From contig JAQFVV010000005.1 of assembly GCA_028023455.1 (NCBI GenBank), positions 8,122,001-8,186,000 on the forward strand: a stretch of DNA of 64,000 nucleotides. Reading direction: 5' to 3'. This document shows positions 1-16,140 of the stretch, in pieces. Source of the DNA: Epiperipatus broadwayi (taxonomy: Eukaryota; Animalia; Onychophora). The position numbers and the translations under genes were made by a program. How positions within the stretch are numbered: position 1 is the first letter of the stretch; the number at the start of each line of letters is the position of its first letter. A model generated the notes under the pieces. That model searched no databases. It was not told the origin of the DNA and saw nothing but the letters and a program-made list of their open reading frames with translations.

Positions 1-476
1 ATAAATTTAATATTAAAAGGAAATATGCCTATGTGTTTGAAAAGAAAAGTTTTTAATAAATGTGCTACCAGTTTTTGCTTATGGATCTGGGACTTGGGAC
101 ACTTAACAGAAGAGCAATACAGAATCTTCAGAGCACTCAAGAAGCATGAAGAGATGTAAGATAGCAATAACAAGAAGTGATTGAAAATGAAATAAATGAG
201 TGCAGGTGTTACTGATATCATTGAAAGAATTAAAAGACTAAAGTAGAGCTGGACTGCATATTTCTAAAAAAAAAAAAGATAGTAGATAGATAGTCGAGAT
301 CTTAAACTGGATTTCAAGAGATTGTAATGGATCTATAAACAGACCATGTGAGATAGATGGATGAAATAAGGAATTGTGCTGGGGTGATATGGAGAAGCTA
401 GACATTGGAGAAGATGTATTGAACTTGGAGAGATTTTCATCCTGCAGTAGTTTGATAATGGTTGAAAATGATAATG
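1..476 (+). mobile_element. RTE-clade LINE, decayed 3' end of ORF
   Basis: Manual translation across frameshifts: KGNMPMCLKRKVFNKC/VLPVFAYGSGTW, VTDIIERIKRLK*SW, ELGEIFILQ*FDNG*, then a GATAAT-type tail; typical RTE C-terminal motifs. Confidence 0.8.
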
Positions 477-1199
477 TTATCTTTATTGAGATATGCTACA
501 ATACTTTATAATTTTTCATGCTTTTTATTTAATAGGTTAACATTAATGAAAAAAAAAATGGTGATCTAATAAAAGAAAATTATATATATATATATAAATT
601 GGATACAAAAATATTTTATTATTGAATGAACTTCTTGAATATACATATATAGGGGAAAATTTTTTGATAGTACTTTCAAAAACCCTTATATAAAACAATA
701 GCAAATGTGTCTAAAAAAAACATATACATACATAGTTTCAAAATATTGTAATAAATATGGAATTGGAATAAGAAATCACTATGTTCATACCCACTGAATT
801 AAAGAGCTTGCAACATTATACAAAAACAAAAAATCAAATTAAAAATAAAGAAGAGGAAAAACGGGGAAAAACTAAGTATAGCTAAATGTATATTTATGAT
901 GCAATCAATATTTTTATTAGGTATAATTAATATATTGTTGAAATTTAATCTGTTGTTATTTTTATTAGCATATTTTGTATTGTATTTAAAATCAAAGAAA
1001 ATATAAATATATAAACTGTTATGAAAATTTTCTATATAAAAACGCAACTAGGTAGTTAGTACAAGAAGGAAGGACATCTGCATTTATATAAATATATTTT
1101 GATTTGCATTTAACCTGTATAAATGAATGAAGGAAAAGGAAATAGAATAATATAAGATATAAAAAAAAGGGTTTTAATTAACCAGAAAAAAAAATCTGA

Positions 1200-2079
1200 A
1201 AATAAGCATTGCTATTGATGGCTAATTGTTTTTTAAAAAATAAGATTATTACATTTTTGCAAAATATCTTAATTGTTTAAAAACATTCAATAAATCATTA
1301 CAAACATCATAAGTCAAATATTGCTACTTTAACAATTTATCAAGATTGGTGAGACAGTGATAGAAATTATAAATTTATGAAGATGCAAAATCATTTTAAC
1401 ACATCAGAATGCCATCTGAACAAGCTTCCAATATGTGTATAAAAAAATCTCTTAGGGATTTCATTGCTTTCATTAGTTTTATGTTAATTTATTTTACAAT
1501 AATGTGGCAAATAAGTGGTCAAAGACCTGTTTTTCATATTATACAGCTGAATAAAACTTCAGAAAATGTGTTAAAAGTTTTTCGTAGCTATACTTTTACT
1601 TGAAGCCAATTTAAAACTCCTTACACATTACTATTTTACATTTTATACATTCTTATATTTACATTTGCATCATGAATGAATGAAATAAATAAAAAAAATT
1701 ATTTGACAGCAAATTCACATATTGATAATATATAATGAGTTTATTATCTTAGATGTCTGCTTTCAGTAAAACATTTTGAATTTTTATATATTTATAATCC
1801 CATAAGAATTATTTTGATTTATGTATGTACATATTTATTATTTTTAAAGAAACAAGTTAATATTCATATATAAAATATAATATACTAATTAGTTTATAAA
1901 AAGTCTACATTAAAATTTATATACAATTCGTGAGGTTTTAAAATACAAAAAAGTATCAAAATCCTTAAGTTTTTAAATATAATCAAAGCAATCTTTGAAT
2001 AGTAAGATGAAAATTACATTTTCAAATTTACTTTTTTTTAGATAAAAAAGTTTCCTAAAAAATCATATACAACAATTAT
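1200..2079 (-). repeat. 3' flank of ZF pseudogene, homologous to 61190-62018
   Basis: Collinear shared blocks, e.g. AATAAGATTATT..GCAAAA..ATTGTTTAAAAACAT.CAAT (1240/61238), ATGAATGAATGAA.TA (1672/61665), ATACAATTC..AGGTTTTAAA..CAAAAA.GTAT (1921/61863). Confidence 0.8.
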
Positions 2080-3960
<1,881 letters not shown>

Positions 3961-5899
3961 CTATTCTGGTATATATACATTGCACTGGTAGAATTTTTCT
4001 TTCATTTATTTTTAGTTTCTTAAAATTTTTGAGTTTCTTTCCTACTAATATTTTACTAATTACAAATCAATTCCAAGAAAGATTAGTATTCTCATACATG
4101 TTAAAATACCAATTATACATAAATTTATTCATGCACTACTAAATTATTTTTCATGACAGCCTATTGCCCAGCATGGATTAAAATAGTGACAGAATAGAGG
4201 ACTGGAATTTTTTAAGATCCATGGATCATGGCATCTGTTCTGTCAATTCGAGATTCAAAATTTGTATGAATTTCTAAGTAATAAACATTTCATTATTATT
4301 AAAAATATATTGATTTTGCACTTCTATAAAATCTTTTAATAATTGTTCAAAAATGAGAATTCTGAACAATTTTTTATTTACTATAAAAAAAAATTTCTAA
4401 ATATATATTTTTATATTGTTGGCCTATATATAATAAATAAATAAAATATATTTGTTATCATCTTTCATTTATCATTCAATTATAACCTGGAAAAGTTTTC
4501 TGCTTAATTCTGGAAATTATCAAACATTTATTAAAAATAAAAATAAAATTATTTGCTCTAAATTTCGAATACAAGCTCTGACTGGTAACAATAAAGTATT
4601 AAAATTCATGACAAGACAATAGTTAAGTTTTGTTAAAAGATAAACAACAGCTATCACAACCTTATAATCAAAATGATTTTGTTATGTAAATAATTGTGAT
4701 ATCACTGATAACCAATATTACAACTTTAAAAAACAAAAGAAAAAATTTAGTCAAATTTATTTTTTAATTTACAGAGTTTTTATTGAATGATTATCTGTGA
4801 CATAACAAACAAAAATAAATATCACATATCTTTAACTATGAGAAGCTTTGGACAAATGTGGCAATGAAACAATAAATTCTCAGGGATTATTTTATTATCA
4901 GTCACAAGAAATAATAATCAATTATAGATTAACAAATTATAAAATACAATCAATGATTTATCATAAGAGAAGTTATGTGATATTTGAATTCCAGAATGTT
5001 AGAATGGAACTGCAATCCAGAATAACAAGCAATGAATTTTTTGTAAATCAATAGGTTGCATTTACACTTTACAGCCAAACTGTGCAGCTAGTTATCTGGT
5101 GAATCTCATCACAATAAACCATGCAATTTATCTTCTTATTTCCAATCTAAAAAAAAAAAAATACAGAAAATTGTTTATGTCAACCTTTCTTCTCATAATT
5201 TGACTTAAAATATTATTCATTTCTCTAAATTTGGAAAATAAAATATACCTTTCCTAAAATTGCAAAATATTATTTAAATAGTATAAAGCTAGAAACATAT
5301 TTATAAAACAATAAAATATCTTACTCAAAAGGAAATGAAAATCAGAAGCAATATTCACTCTACAAAAATCATCTACTTGAACAATATCAATGAATACTAA
5401 ATGATAATCTATTATATCAACATTTTATTTTCTGGCATTCATTAATGAAAATAATTAAAACTAATACACTTATGCACCCAGAAACCATCTTTACCTCCTC
5501 TACATTATCAAGCTAAAAGCTTGAAATTAAAAAATTCTAAAGTGGTGAATATAAACCAATTTTCTTGCATAATACATCTTAGTAGCAGATAAACTTACAT
5601 TTTACAGGTATTAAATGATGAAAATCACACATAAAAAAATCATTCTACAAGAAATATATTCTTTGATTTCCAACACAATGTATAGTGGCATAGTAATAAA
5701 TATATTTTATTACTATCAAGCTTGATGTATAATGCTGTCACATTTGTTACTAATAAATATTTACTTCATTTTATAATTACAAGGCAATAGTAAATCTTTG
5801 ATGAGTTACTATTATTAATTAGTGACTAATATGCAGACCAAGTTAACCACAGTATAAATTAAATCCTATATAAAACAAGATATAGAAGGTAGTATTCAT

Positions 5900-8800
5900 T
5901 TACTAACTTGCTGAAAAATAACCTGTGATACTATCCAGAAAAGACAGTTATAAGCTTTCCATATCTATAACTTTACACCATAAACATGCCAATAATATCT
6001 ACCAAGATGATCATCTATTGTAATCAGATTCATCATTGAGATTCCTTATACAGTACATCTCTATGCTAGCATTAAAGAGTCATAATAATCTTTATTGCTA
6101 GATAATCATGTCATATAACACTGCTAACTGATAATATCATGCTACATTGAAAAACTGATAGATGTGTAAATATAAATTTGCTACAGCTTATTACTGATTT
6201 GATCTGCGATGTATATTAATGTCATTATCACTTGTCAAATATTCTCTGCAACATGGTCATATTCTTGTCCAAGTTGGCATTTGTCTGATTGTACCAAACA
6301 TTACAATAACAACAGCTGACTGCACAAATGCTTGTAAAAAATTTTGTGAAACAATATAATATTATTGGTCTAATCTTTTACATATATTTGGTTCTTGAAT
6401 ATAATAGCACAAAACTCTCTTATATAGTTTCAGTTAACATGAAGATTGCATTACTTGCTAAATTTCTCAAATTTTCTTAAACTTTACATTTTCTGCAGCT
6501 TATGTATAATTGTTTGCAACTTTGATGACAAAGATATCTACTTGATGATAGATACATTACCTACTTGTGATCACTGCCTTGCGATGTTGCTGCATCCTTC
6601 CTGCCATACAAGAGACATAAGTTCAATGAACCATTAAACCACCATTTCTCAAGTCTTTCTGTCATTCATTATATCCCTCAAATACTTATAATATTGCTCA
6701 AGATTATCAATCTTTTCTTCTACCTCTTTTCCTCATATTTTCTTCAGACTCTTCCTACACTTTTTAAAATTTCTGTCTCTAATTATATATCCAATTAAAA
6801 TTTTTCTTTTCAAATTTCTCAATAAATAATTGATTTAAATTATTTTTTTAGCATTTCTATCATCTACATCTCCAAAAACTTCAATTTTTTATTTTTATTT
6901 TTGCCTAATTGTCCACATTTCTGTTTCTTGTCAACCATAACATATAATAAGCATTTTTCTTAAATCTAACTTTACTGGCCTATGGAATTGTTTGGACATT
7001 ACAGTTTTCACTCTAATTTCTTTATTGCTATTCGTATCATCAGTTAATCAACTTTACAAATATTTAAAAGCATAATTTGCTCCACAATTTCCTGTTTGAA
7101 TGCTTATCCTTAAATTTTAAACTTCACCTATTTCACAGTAATTTTATTAATATTATTTTCATCATAAACTTTTGATAAGTTTTGTCAATCCTACATAACA
7201 CTTTGTTAATCTCATCCTTGTGACTAGCAAAATCATATTTTTGTCAATAAACACAAAAAATGAACCTAATAAATTAATTCTAATTTTATTAAAACTACAC
7301 TTATTTAATAACTATCTAAATATATATTAAATAAAACCAGAGATAATGAATACCTATCTTAAACTTTTTTTATAAAATAATATTTAAGCTTACAAATAGT
7401 TTCTATTTGATATATAAATTTCTTAGTAAATATATTTCAGTTTAATCTAACCCTTTCTTTACTTACTAACTACCAAATGCTTTTTCAAAAACAATACATT
7501 AATTTTAAATTTCTATATCTCTCTCAACAATGATTCTCACTATTATTACAACTACATGTTTAGTTCCTCTATTTTTTACTAATTGAAATAATTTTTCAGT
7601 TTAAAAAAATATCAAATTTATTACAAATATATCTATTCAAGATCTTTACCTACATGAGACATTCAAGTTATTCATCAATAATCCTCCTCACATTTCACAG
7701 AATTAAGCCTATTTTGTGGATTCATAACTATTCAAAGAAAATTTATTAACAATTCAGACATGAACTATACTACAAAGATTTAATTCTCTAAAATATTTTC
7801 TCTGAATGCATCAGCTAGAATCTTCTCAATTCTCTGAACTTAGCCAATTTTCTGTTCCAAAATTTTACATCTTATTTCTCCATTGTTTTACAAATTGTTT
7901 CATTTTTATTTTTTAGGCATTGTTTTCAATTATTACAGATGAGAATACTAATTTCTTATATATAATTTCCATTTTTTGAAGTGCACTGGCTTTCATTACT
8001 AATATTTTATCTATTTTATCTTCATTCACCATTTTATTCATATAATCCTGCTTTTCTCATTCAAACTTCATATTGAATCTAATCTTACTTTCATTACAGT
8101 TCCTGTTTTTATATTTCTATAGAAATACCAATTTGATAGTTTGTACCATCTATAATTATTATCTTGTGTTCATATGATAACATTAAAAATCAGTAAAGAA
8201 TTAACCTTTATGTGGTTAATATTTCATTGAGTGATTTTTCTTTAACAATATTCATTACTGAACTCAATGATATCAACTTTCTATCAATAATCCAATTCAG
8301 AATTTCTGAAAAGTCTTAGACCACAATTTGATATATTCTTATATTGAACAAATTCATTTCATGACAAGAAAGATAATTGCATTACTATAATTAGATTGGA
8401 AAACTGTTTTGTAGAACACATCTAGTGTCCATTATATCTGAGATTTTGAACTTCCTCAAGCAATTCAGCATGATTCTCTTACACTAAAAATACTACACAA
8501 GTCATCTGACTTGATTCACATTTGTGTTTAAATATGGGCACCAATCATTTCCATATAAATAAAGAATCTCTTGATGTAATGGCAAAATGTTCATTGCAAT
8601 ACCCATAACCTGGGTTTCAGACTGCTTAAAACTTCAAAATTTTTCCAGTTATGACTTTTCTTTTAAATAGCCATACTCCTACAAGCAACTCAAATAATCA
8701 TCAAATATCAATCAGCAACTGAGTGCCTAGTTATTTCCAGAAAAATAGTGAAAACAAGGATGGAAAAATACTCTTGGCACCAAGAAGTTAATAAGCCTGG

Positions 8801-9990
8801 TGAATAATGCCTTTGCCTTCTTTTAAATAACTTTATAGTGAGCTATTTACAGTGTTTTATTATCCTTGCTAGATTAATATGTTTGAGATATTGAGTTTCA
8901 AGTTGCCAGTGGTTGTGTATTTGACTTCTGTTATCTTTATCAGAGAATTTTTCCAGATTAAATACCAAGTGACATAATTAATATACTGCCTGTCAATTCA
9001 TTTAACTGTGTCTTTCCCAAATTGTATGCTTGTGTTTATTAATTTTTCTTCTAAAATTATCTTTTTCTCTTTACTTATCTTTTTTTAATACATTCATTTA
9101 ATTTAATATTTTCTTTAAATGCAACTTCTTTTAAATATACATTTAATTTTTTTATTTCTCTAAGATTTTCACTTTTTTTTTACTTTTATCTTTTAATCTA
9201 ATACTTTCATCAATTTTCTTTTATACAAAATAATTTCAAATTTTCGTACTTATCTCTACTATAGTCTTTATATGGTTTCATTACATATTTTCTTAAATTT
9301 TATTCTTTATTTAATTCTTTTATTTTCTAATTATATTTTAATTTTTTTCTATCTGATCCCAATTTTCTTTCATTTCTTTATTTAATTCTTTTATTTTCTA
9401 ATTATATTTTAATTTTTTTCTATCTGATCCCAATTTTCTTTTATTTCTTTATTTAATTCTTTTATTTTCTAATTATATTTTAATTTTTTTCTATCTAATC
9501 CCAATTTTCTTTTAACAGCTTTTTACAATTGTATTTTGCACAATATTCAAATTATATACCTTAAAATTTCTATAACACCATTCATCATAAACTCATACAT
9601 TGCTAATTTCCATTTTATTTTCTAATGCTCTATATTTATTTTTTTCACTTTAGTAATTATATCTCATCTATAACTTTTAGCTTAATAATTACTATGTAAT
9701 TGATCTTTAATGTGTTATAAAATGATTTCTCTTGAAAATGAAGTCAAAAGTTCTGTATATAGATCATATGATTAGAGATCTTGTTAGTCTTAATAAAATA
9801 TTTTCATTCTTCGAAAAAATTATATAATACAAAAACACATCAATTTCTATCCTCTTATTTTCTTTTAGAATTTTTATTATTTTCTTTTAGTCGACAATTA
9901 CTAATCATTCTTCCAATATGGTTGTGCTTCTTCTTTTAGTGGAAGATTTTTCATAACTTCCTTAGTCTTCTTATAAAAAAATCTGAAACA
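5900..9990 (-). mobile_element. Heavily decayed Ty3/Gypsy-like LTR retrotransposon internal region (gag-pol, possibly env-like 3' part)
   Basis: Minus-strand remnants in Gypsy order: gag-like NLPLKEEAQPYW (~9920), GIIHQ and LKPGY (RT), SDDLCSIFS..ENHAELLEEV..LRYNG (~8440-8510, RT DD region), IIIDGTNYQIG (~8130, RNase H-like), HVG (~7655). Many stops; no LTRs found. Confidence 0.45.
9303..9515. repeat. Tandem repeat, 71-bp unit x ~3
   Basis: ATCTGATCCCAATTTTCTTT at 9351 and 9422, and ATCTAATCCCAATTTTCTTT at 9493; units nearly identical. Confidence 0.9.
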
Positions 9991-10320
9991 GAAAATCTCT
10001 ACCCCCCCCCTTCATTTGTATACTTCTCTCACTGTTGATGCAATTTACCTGAATCTCTTTTAATATGTTACATTCATATATATCTAAATACTTTCCCTCT
10101 AATCTCCATATAAGTCACAATTGAAGTTCAAATTTTTGGCATTTTTGCCTCCACTTTTTTGGTAGCCAAGACTCCTGTCTTTGCACCAAATATCAATAAA
10201 TTTCTTTTAATGTTATCACACATCCCCTCATATTTATGTATTTTTACTCATGCTCTCACTTCTAAACATTTTAAGATTGGCTCATATAATTACATTTCAG
10301 TTTGGAAATAAGATGGCTCC

Positions 10321-10690
10321 TCTTATTTCCTTAAACTCTCTATCTTGTGGCTGGGCAAGAGTATCCTTGCAGATTGAACACCACTGCTAATAGTGCTTGT
10401 GAAGAAATGATGATTACTTTCTATAGTTTGTTACAATCTAAAACACAGTGCTAGTAAAATTTATCAATTATTATATAATTTAACATTTTGTAATATTGGT
10501 ACAAAGTAAATTTAAAAATTCAGAAGTGCTAATAAGAATATTAAAAATAAGAGATGGATTTAAAGTGAATAATTTATAAAATTCACGCTTATTTCCTTAA
10601 AATATCTCTTGTCCTTGCAGATTGAACACCACTGTTTAACAATACTTGTAAGGAAAGGTTTGTTACAATCTAAAACAGAGCACTTGTAAA
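10321..10690. repeat. Imperfect direct duplication (~100-140 bp)
   Basis: CTTATTTCCTTAAA..TCCTTGCAGATTGAACACCACTG..TTTGTTACAATCTAAAACA occurs at ~10322-10447 and ~10588-10678, with internal indels. Confidence 0.75.
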
Positions 10691-10930
10691 ATAATTGGAA
10701 ACTATTTTCTTAATTCATATTCATTTATCATAATGCTGTTTCTTTTTCTCTATTCTGCGCCTGAAATATATTCTTTACACATTTATACCATTTTTTAAAA
10801 ATATAAATACATAGAAATAAATTTCTCTATAAATTAAATTTTCATATTGTAGCATCTTTGTAATACAACATGTTTATTAATCTCTCCATTTTAAGTACTA
10901 CTTTTACTAATCTATTATCTTTCATTACAT

Positions 10931-11296
10931 CAGGAGTCGTCAACCTATGGCCTGCAAGACACAAAAAACCATTTGGTAATTTAAGTGATCTACTTGACTT
11001 CCACAAATAAAGTATAATATATAAAAATAAATTATAAACATACCACATGAAATGAACACTGAGAAAATATAAATAATAAGATTAACATTTTGGTTCGGCT
11101 GCAAAGTTGCAATAATGAACATAGGTGGAATACAGTAACATTGTCCTAACAAATCTTATCATTACTTGTCAAACGTGTCGTTCTCACAATTGTAGTACTT
11201 GTTCAATAGCACAAAAATAATTACTTAAGCAAAGCTTCTTAAGTCATATTTTGGTTGATTTTGACCCGCAACCAAAAAAAAAAAGGTTGGCTTTCT
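10931..11296. mobile_element. Possible non-autonomous hAT/Charlie-like MITE relic
   Basis: Left end CAGGAGTCGTCAACCTATGGCCTGC; right end TTGACCCGCAACC-A11-GGTTGG only partly matches the expected inverted terminus; no TSD seen. Confidence 0.4.
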
Positions 11297-11449
11297 AAAC
11301 ATTTTTATTTTGATGTTTCTCATTAAAAAAACAGAAGTCTACTTCATTTCTCTCTGAGTACCCTCATTACTTATTTCTTTCTGAATTCAATCTAAAAATT
11401 TCCAAGTTCTCTAATCAAAAGAAAGTACCACTACCAAATCTTAAACTAA

Positions 11450-12700
11450 AACACAGGCAATTTTTAACTAAGTCCATTCAATATGTTGTTTCTTTCTATC
11501 ACTTCTAATTCTCATTTATTCTTTTATTTGAAAGAGAACTCAAATATTTATACTTTGTCACTTCTCCAAGCTAAATATTTTTACATTTTTCAAGCATGAA
11601 TTTTACTCTTACCATTATTTCAGATTTTTCCCCAGTTGTATTTAATTTGTTTCTAACTTCTTTATTACTAGCTCTATATTTTTTATATTATTTGCCAAAA
11701 AAAAAAGAGTAGCTATATTATGCATTCTCATGTAACCTGTTATGGAAATTCATCCTCATCCCTAATCTTTTTATCTCAATCTACAATTTTCAAAGAAGCA
11801 TAATAAACAGTAATGCTAATAATTCGATTGGATATTTAAGTTTCATCAACTTTAGATCTTCCAATTGATATTTTTTTAAATTATCCTTACAATGATTTTT
11901 AATCTCTTTTTAAAAATTCCAAATCTATCCACCATATCATAAGCTTTTTCATATCTGAAAATTTCATAATGTTTATTTTGCCTATAAAACAGACAAATTA
12001 TTCTTGCCACTTCAAATGACTTCCCTTCTGAATCTCATCTAAAATTGTATGTTCTTTCATCCCAGTTTTAAACCTATGTACTTATACATTTGTTTACATT
12101 TATATAATATAATTTTCACACTTCTGGTCTTATATTTTATCATTGCCAATAATTTTATTAAATCTTTTTCATTATATACTTTCCAACAGCTAATAATATT
12201 ACATCTGCTATATTAAATAGTCTTTTACTTTAACTTTTTTGAATCAATCAATTCTGAATCAATCACTATTTATGTTTTTGGGAAATAATCTCATGAATCA
12301 TATCAATTTTACAATTTCTGTAACTCATTTTATTAAAAAATTCTAATTAATTTCTGAGCAATAAATCATTAAGTTATTAAATTTTACAGGGTAGGGTGAG
12401 CATAACTGTTTCATGAAATGCTTTTGTTATTCTTTATTATGCAAGGCTCTATTTGGTCATGAATGTGCTAAGCCTCTTAGTATTATAATTTTTTAGTTTT
12501 ACTGCTATTTGTTTTATAGCTTGTTTACTATTGCTATTAAAAATAATACTATAACCATCCCATTCTGCTTCTTCTTTCTTAACAAAGTCTAAACTACTGC
12601 AAACTCTTTCTACAGAAGTGTTATAAACTTCATGGATTTTTGATATCCAGGAAATATATTTAAAAATATTGAAACCTCTTAGAACATTACTACAATTAAT
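11450..12700 (-). mobile_element. Possible decayed LINE endonuclease region (RTE-like)
   Basis: Minus-strand remnants SYAHPT (~12395, cf. VYAPT) and IADVILLAVG; otherwise highly degenerate. Confidence 0.3.
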
Positions 12701-13759
12701 TTTAATGAATGAAAAATTTTTTTAATGACAATGTTACTTGCAGCATTATCACAAATTAATAAAATTGCGTCACTAGGCAAAAAGTACTAATGCCAAAAGA
12801 TAACTTGCCCATGATCGTGGTTATAATCTTTAATAAAGTTATAGTAAATAAAAATCATACTAATTATCAATTATAATGGTACTCCTTAACAAATATTTTT
12901 CGCCTATTAATACTTTGTTTTTACCTCGTTACTACTTTGATTCGTATAATAAAAATTCCCGATTTAATGATACTCCATTAATTTTATACATGATCAAAAT
13001 ACTTTTTAAAAGTAAATCATATATCAAGCAGCACCTCTCAATCTGTAATCGAATGCTCAACAGTGATTCATAATAGTTTATTGCTCCGAGATTTACATGA
13101 AGTTCAAAGACTAGAAATAATAGAACTATAAGTCACGATTAATTTCAGAAGGCCACCATTCTACCAGCAGCATGACTGATAAATAAATGACTCCGAATAG
13201 ATTCCCAGTTGAATAAAATAAAGCCTCCTGCTTTCGTACTAATTTTATTTTATACAGTACATAATAAATAGACTATCTGCAAATTAATCCTAGGTTTTTG
13301 AAACAACTTTATATGAAAGCCTTAATCTAATTTACACATCTAAGATTTTATTTATTTTAAGACTACCACTTTTTTTCAAATTTAAGACCAGGCCATTTGA
13401 AATAGCTCAGTCAGCATCAGTATAGTCGCATCGCAGAAGTTGAAAAAATATTACCGAATATGCTTATCTTTTTTTGTCTTTAATTAAGTGAATGAAGACA
13501 ACAAATGAATCAAGTGTAGCATTAAAACAAAATTGTTTTAATTTAAAAAAGATACAAAAGTACTTATAATATCCTAAACTACATTGGTTATATTCCACAA
13601 CTAATGAGGACCAATTGCCAGAAAACCAGTACTGTACTAATAAAATCAGTATGTATGATTACCTTTATTTATTTATTTTTTTAAATTTCATTATTAAAAT
13701 AAAATAGAAGTAGTAACTCAAACTAATAGCAAAAAAAATAAAGGATATCTAAATTTGTG

Positions 13760-15840
13760 TATGCTCATCTTGGACACTTTACTGCCAAATACTTGTCAAG
13801 ATTGGCAAATTTTTTATCAAAAAAACTAGATCTCTTTGAAGGCCTATATCCCATACTACTAGTCCCATTTCACAAAAAAACAGAAAAAATCTCAACTGTC
13901 AAAAACATACGGCCTATATCTATGAGCCCCTTGGAATCAAAATCCTTGAATCTGTAATAAAAGACAAAATTGAAACGCATATCCTACCAATGATCTCAAG
14001 ATGGCAGTTTGCAAAAAAAGGATCATCTACCGGACAAGCTGCGATCCTATTCAAAACAATTATTGATGACATAAGAAACAGGAAGAAACATAGTCCAATA
14101 GCTGTTCAATTAGACATTAAAGCTGCCTCTGACACAGTTCCAATTGGAAAACTTATTGATGTATTAGTAGACACACCAATTCCTAAATCAATACAATACA
14201 TCATTACCAACCTCTTGATTAATAGAGAAATACACCTTACAATGAATGGAAAGTACTCACCTTCCTTCAACCCTTACTGCTCCATTCCACAAGGATCTCC
14301 ATTAAGTGCCATCTTATTCACAACATATATAAACTCGCTCTTGGACAAAATTGAAAAAAGCATACCTGGCATTTACATTTTGAGTATAAATACTAACATA
14401 TCATGCTTAGCCTTCATGGATGATATCATGGTATTCCTGACAAATAAAAAATATCTGCCAATGCTGTTACAAATACTGGAAGAATACTCAAGGGAGTATA
14501 GACTTGAATTCAGTGCTGATAAATCATGTGCATGGAAAATTTTTAATGGACAGCCTATCCAGCATCCCTTTCTTTAAAGGAAAGCCTACCCCTTTTTTGG
14601 GTTTCCCATTCCATCTGAGTAATGCAGCAATGCAAGTAAAAATCCAGAACATGCTCAAAATAAAAATTGAAAATATAACAAGTTCGCTCATCAAAACTTA
14701 TCTTTCAGTTTATGCAAAAGTATCACTATTCAACATGCTAATCAATACAAGAATTATATACTATACTCCAGTAGTTATATATGAAAAATCCTTTCTCACA
14801 TATATCTACTCAATGCTCAGAAAACTTTTATGAGGTCAACATATCGTTTCCATCTCGATCAGAAAACTTCAGTGTCAACTAATTCATAATGGGATGGGAC
14901 TTTATTCAGTTAACACATTTAGAATACAGAAAACACTAAACCTCATCTCATCTATTACTGAATTATTCTCTCAAATTGCTCCTACCTTCAAAATTACACC
15001 CACTGATAGACCACCACCTACAAAAGGCTATTGGAAAAACCTTATTGACTCTTTGCTTTCCATTGATAACCTCCATTTCTACCATCCCCTGAATAAATAT
15101 AGATATTCGGAAGTCCATTCACACTTCCAACCACATTCAATTAACGATGAGTGTAAGTCAATTTTAAGTCTCAATAACCATCAAATACTTAGAAAATTTA
15201 GGTTTTGGAACTTGGAGCCAAAATTCTTTGATTTTTTAGTTAAACTTAATCTGAAATGCCTCCCTACTCTTTATTTTTATAAATATAGAAGACAGTGCAA
15301 GAGAGTAGATGCTCAATGCACACTTTGTCGCAGCGAAATGGAAACACAAGCTCATCTATTCTTTGACTGTCAATGCTTTGACAACATCCGGATAGCAATC
15401 CCTAGACTATTCAATAATACTCATGTAAACATGCACTATTTATTTAAAAACATTCAGTAAGGGTATATATGCACAAATTCGGGCACGCACTTTTATTCTA
15501 TATGCACTATGGTGCATTAGATGTACATTCATGTACAATAATAACCCTAGAAGACACCCAAACACCTTTTCAATCAAATTGGAAAGTATTAGAGAAATGG
15601 ACAAAAAAAATCACATCAGAAAGTCTTTCAAGGCACTTGGTCTTTAATGAATAAAAATCTTAGATCCTAGCCTAAAGTAATGACGTCCCATTTTTGTCAC
15701 CCCAGTAAGATTTTGAAAAAGAGACTTGAATAAACTTAAATAATTTTTGCAGTTTGAGATTTCTGTTTTGTATATATGTACACTAATTTAAGATGTAACT
15801 GACTGTACATTTAATTCCTCATGTACATATTATAATGGGA
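13760..15840 (+). mobile_element. 5'-truncated L1/Tx1-like non-LTR retrotransposon ORF2 (RT plus zf-RVT), frameshifted
   Basis: NIRPIS, QFAKKGSST, LDIKAASDTV, IPQGSPLSAILF, LAFMDDI (RT), then CTLCRSEMETQAHLFFDC and YALWCIRC; spread over ORFs 13757-15654 in shifting frames. Confidence 0.85.
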
Positions 15841-16040
15841 TTTACCGTTTTCCATATATATTTTACGCACATATATATGATCTTGAAAGATTGAGTGTAT
15901 GTATATATAACGATACACGTATATGCGTAATTGCTTAAAAAATATATTTATTCTTAAATTATTCCATTTTATCACCCAGCAAATTTATGAGCATCACTTT
16001 ATGATCTCAAGCGCCAATCCTATATTTCTATAAGAATTAT

Positions 16041-16140
16041 GCTGGGAGAGCTGGAATACCAATATGGAAATGCCCCTGGACTAGCTCTGCTCAGGGCTGG
16101 TGGTAAAATTTACCAGCAGTAGATCTAAGCCTCCCTTTTT
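16041..16140 (+). other. GC-rich ~100-nt self-complementary segment ending in T5 (candidate small RNA)
   Basis: GGGAG (16044) can pair with CTCCC (16131) followed by TTTTT; internal hairpin TGGTAAA-A-TTTACCA; AGAGCT/AGCTCT pair. No recognised family. Confidence 0.25.

Noticed and set aside
799-1603. Short F/I/L/N-rich ORFs here and elsewhere (e.g. 3846, 17405, 23470, 52406, 55409)
   Set aside because: Composition expected from random AT-rich DNA, often with non-ATG starts; no motifs.
12760-13490. CpG-retaining segment that may be an LTR or transposon piece
   Set aside because: No termini, TSD or coding motif found; left unassigned.
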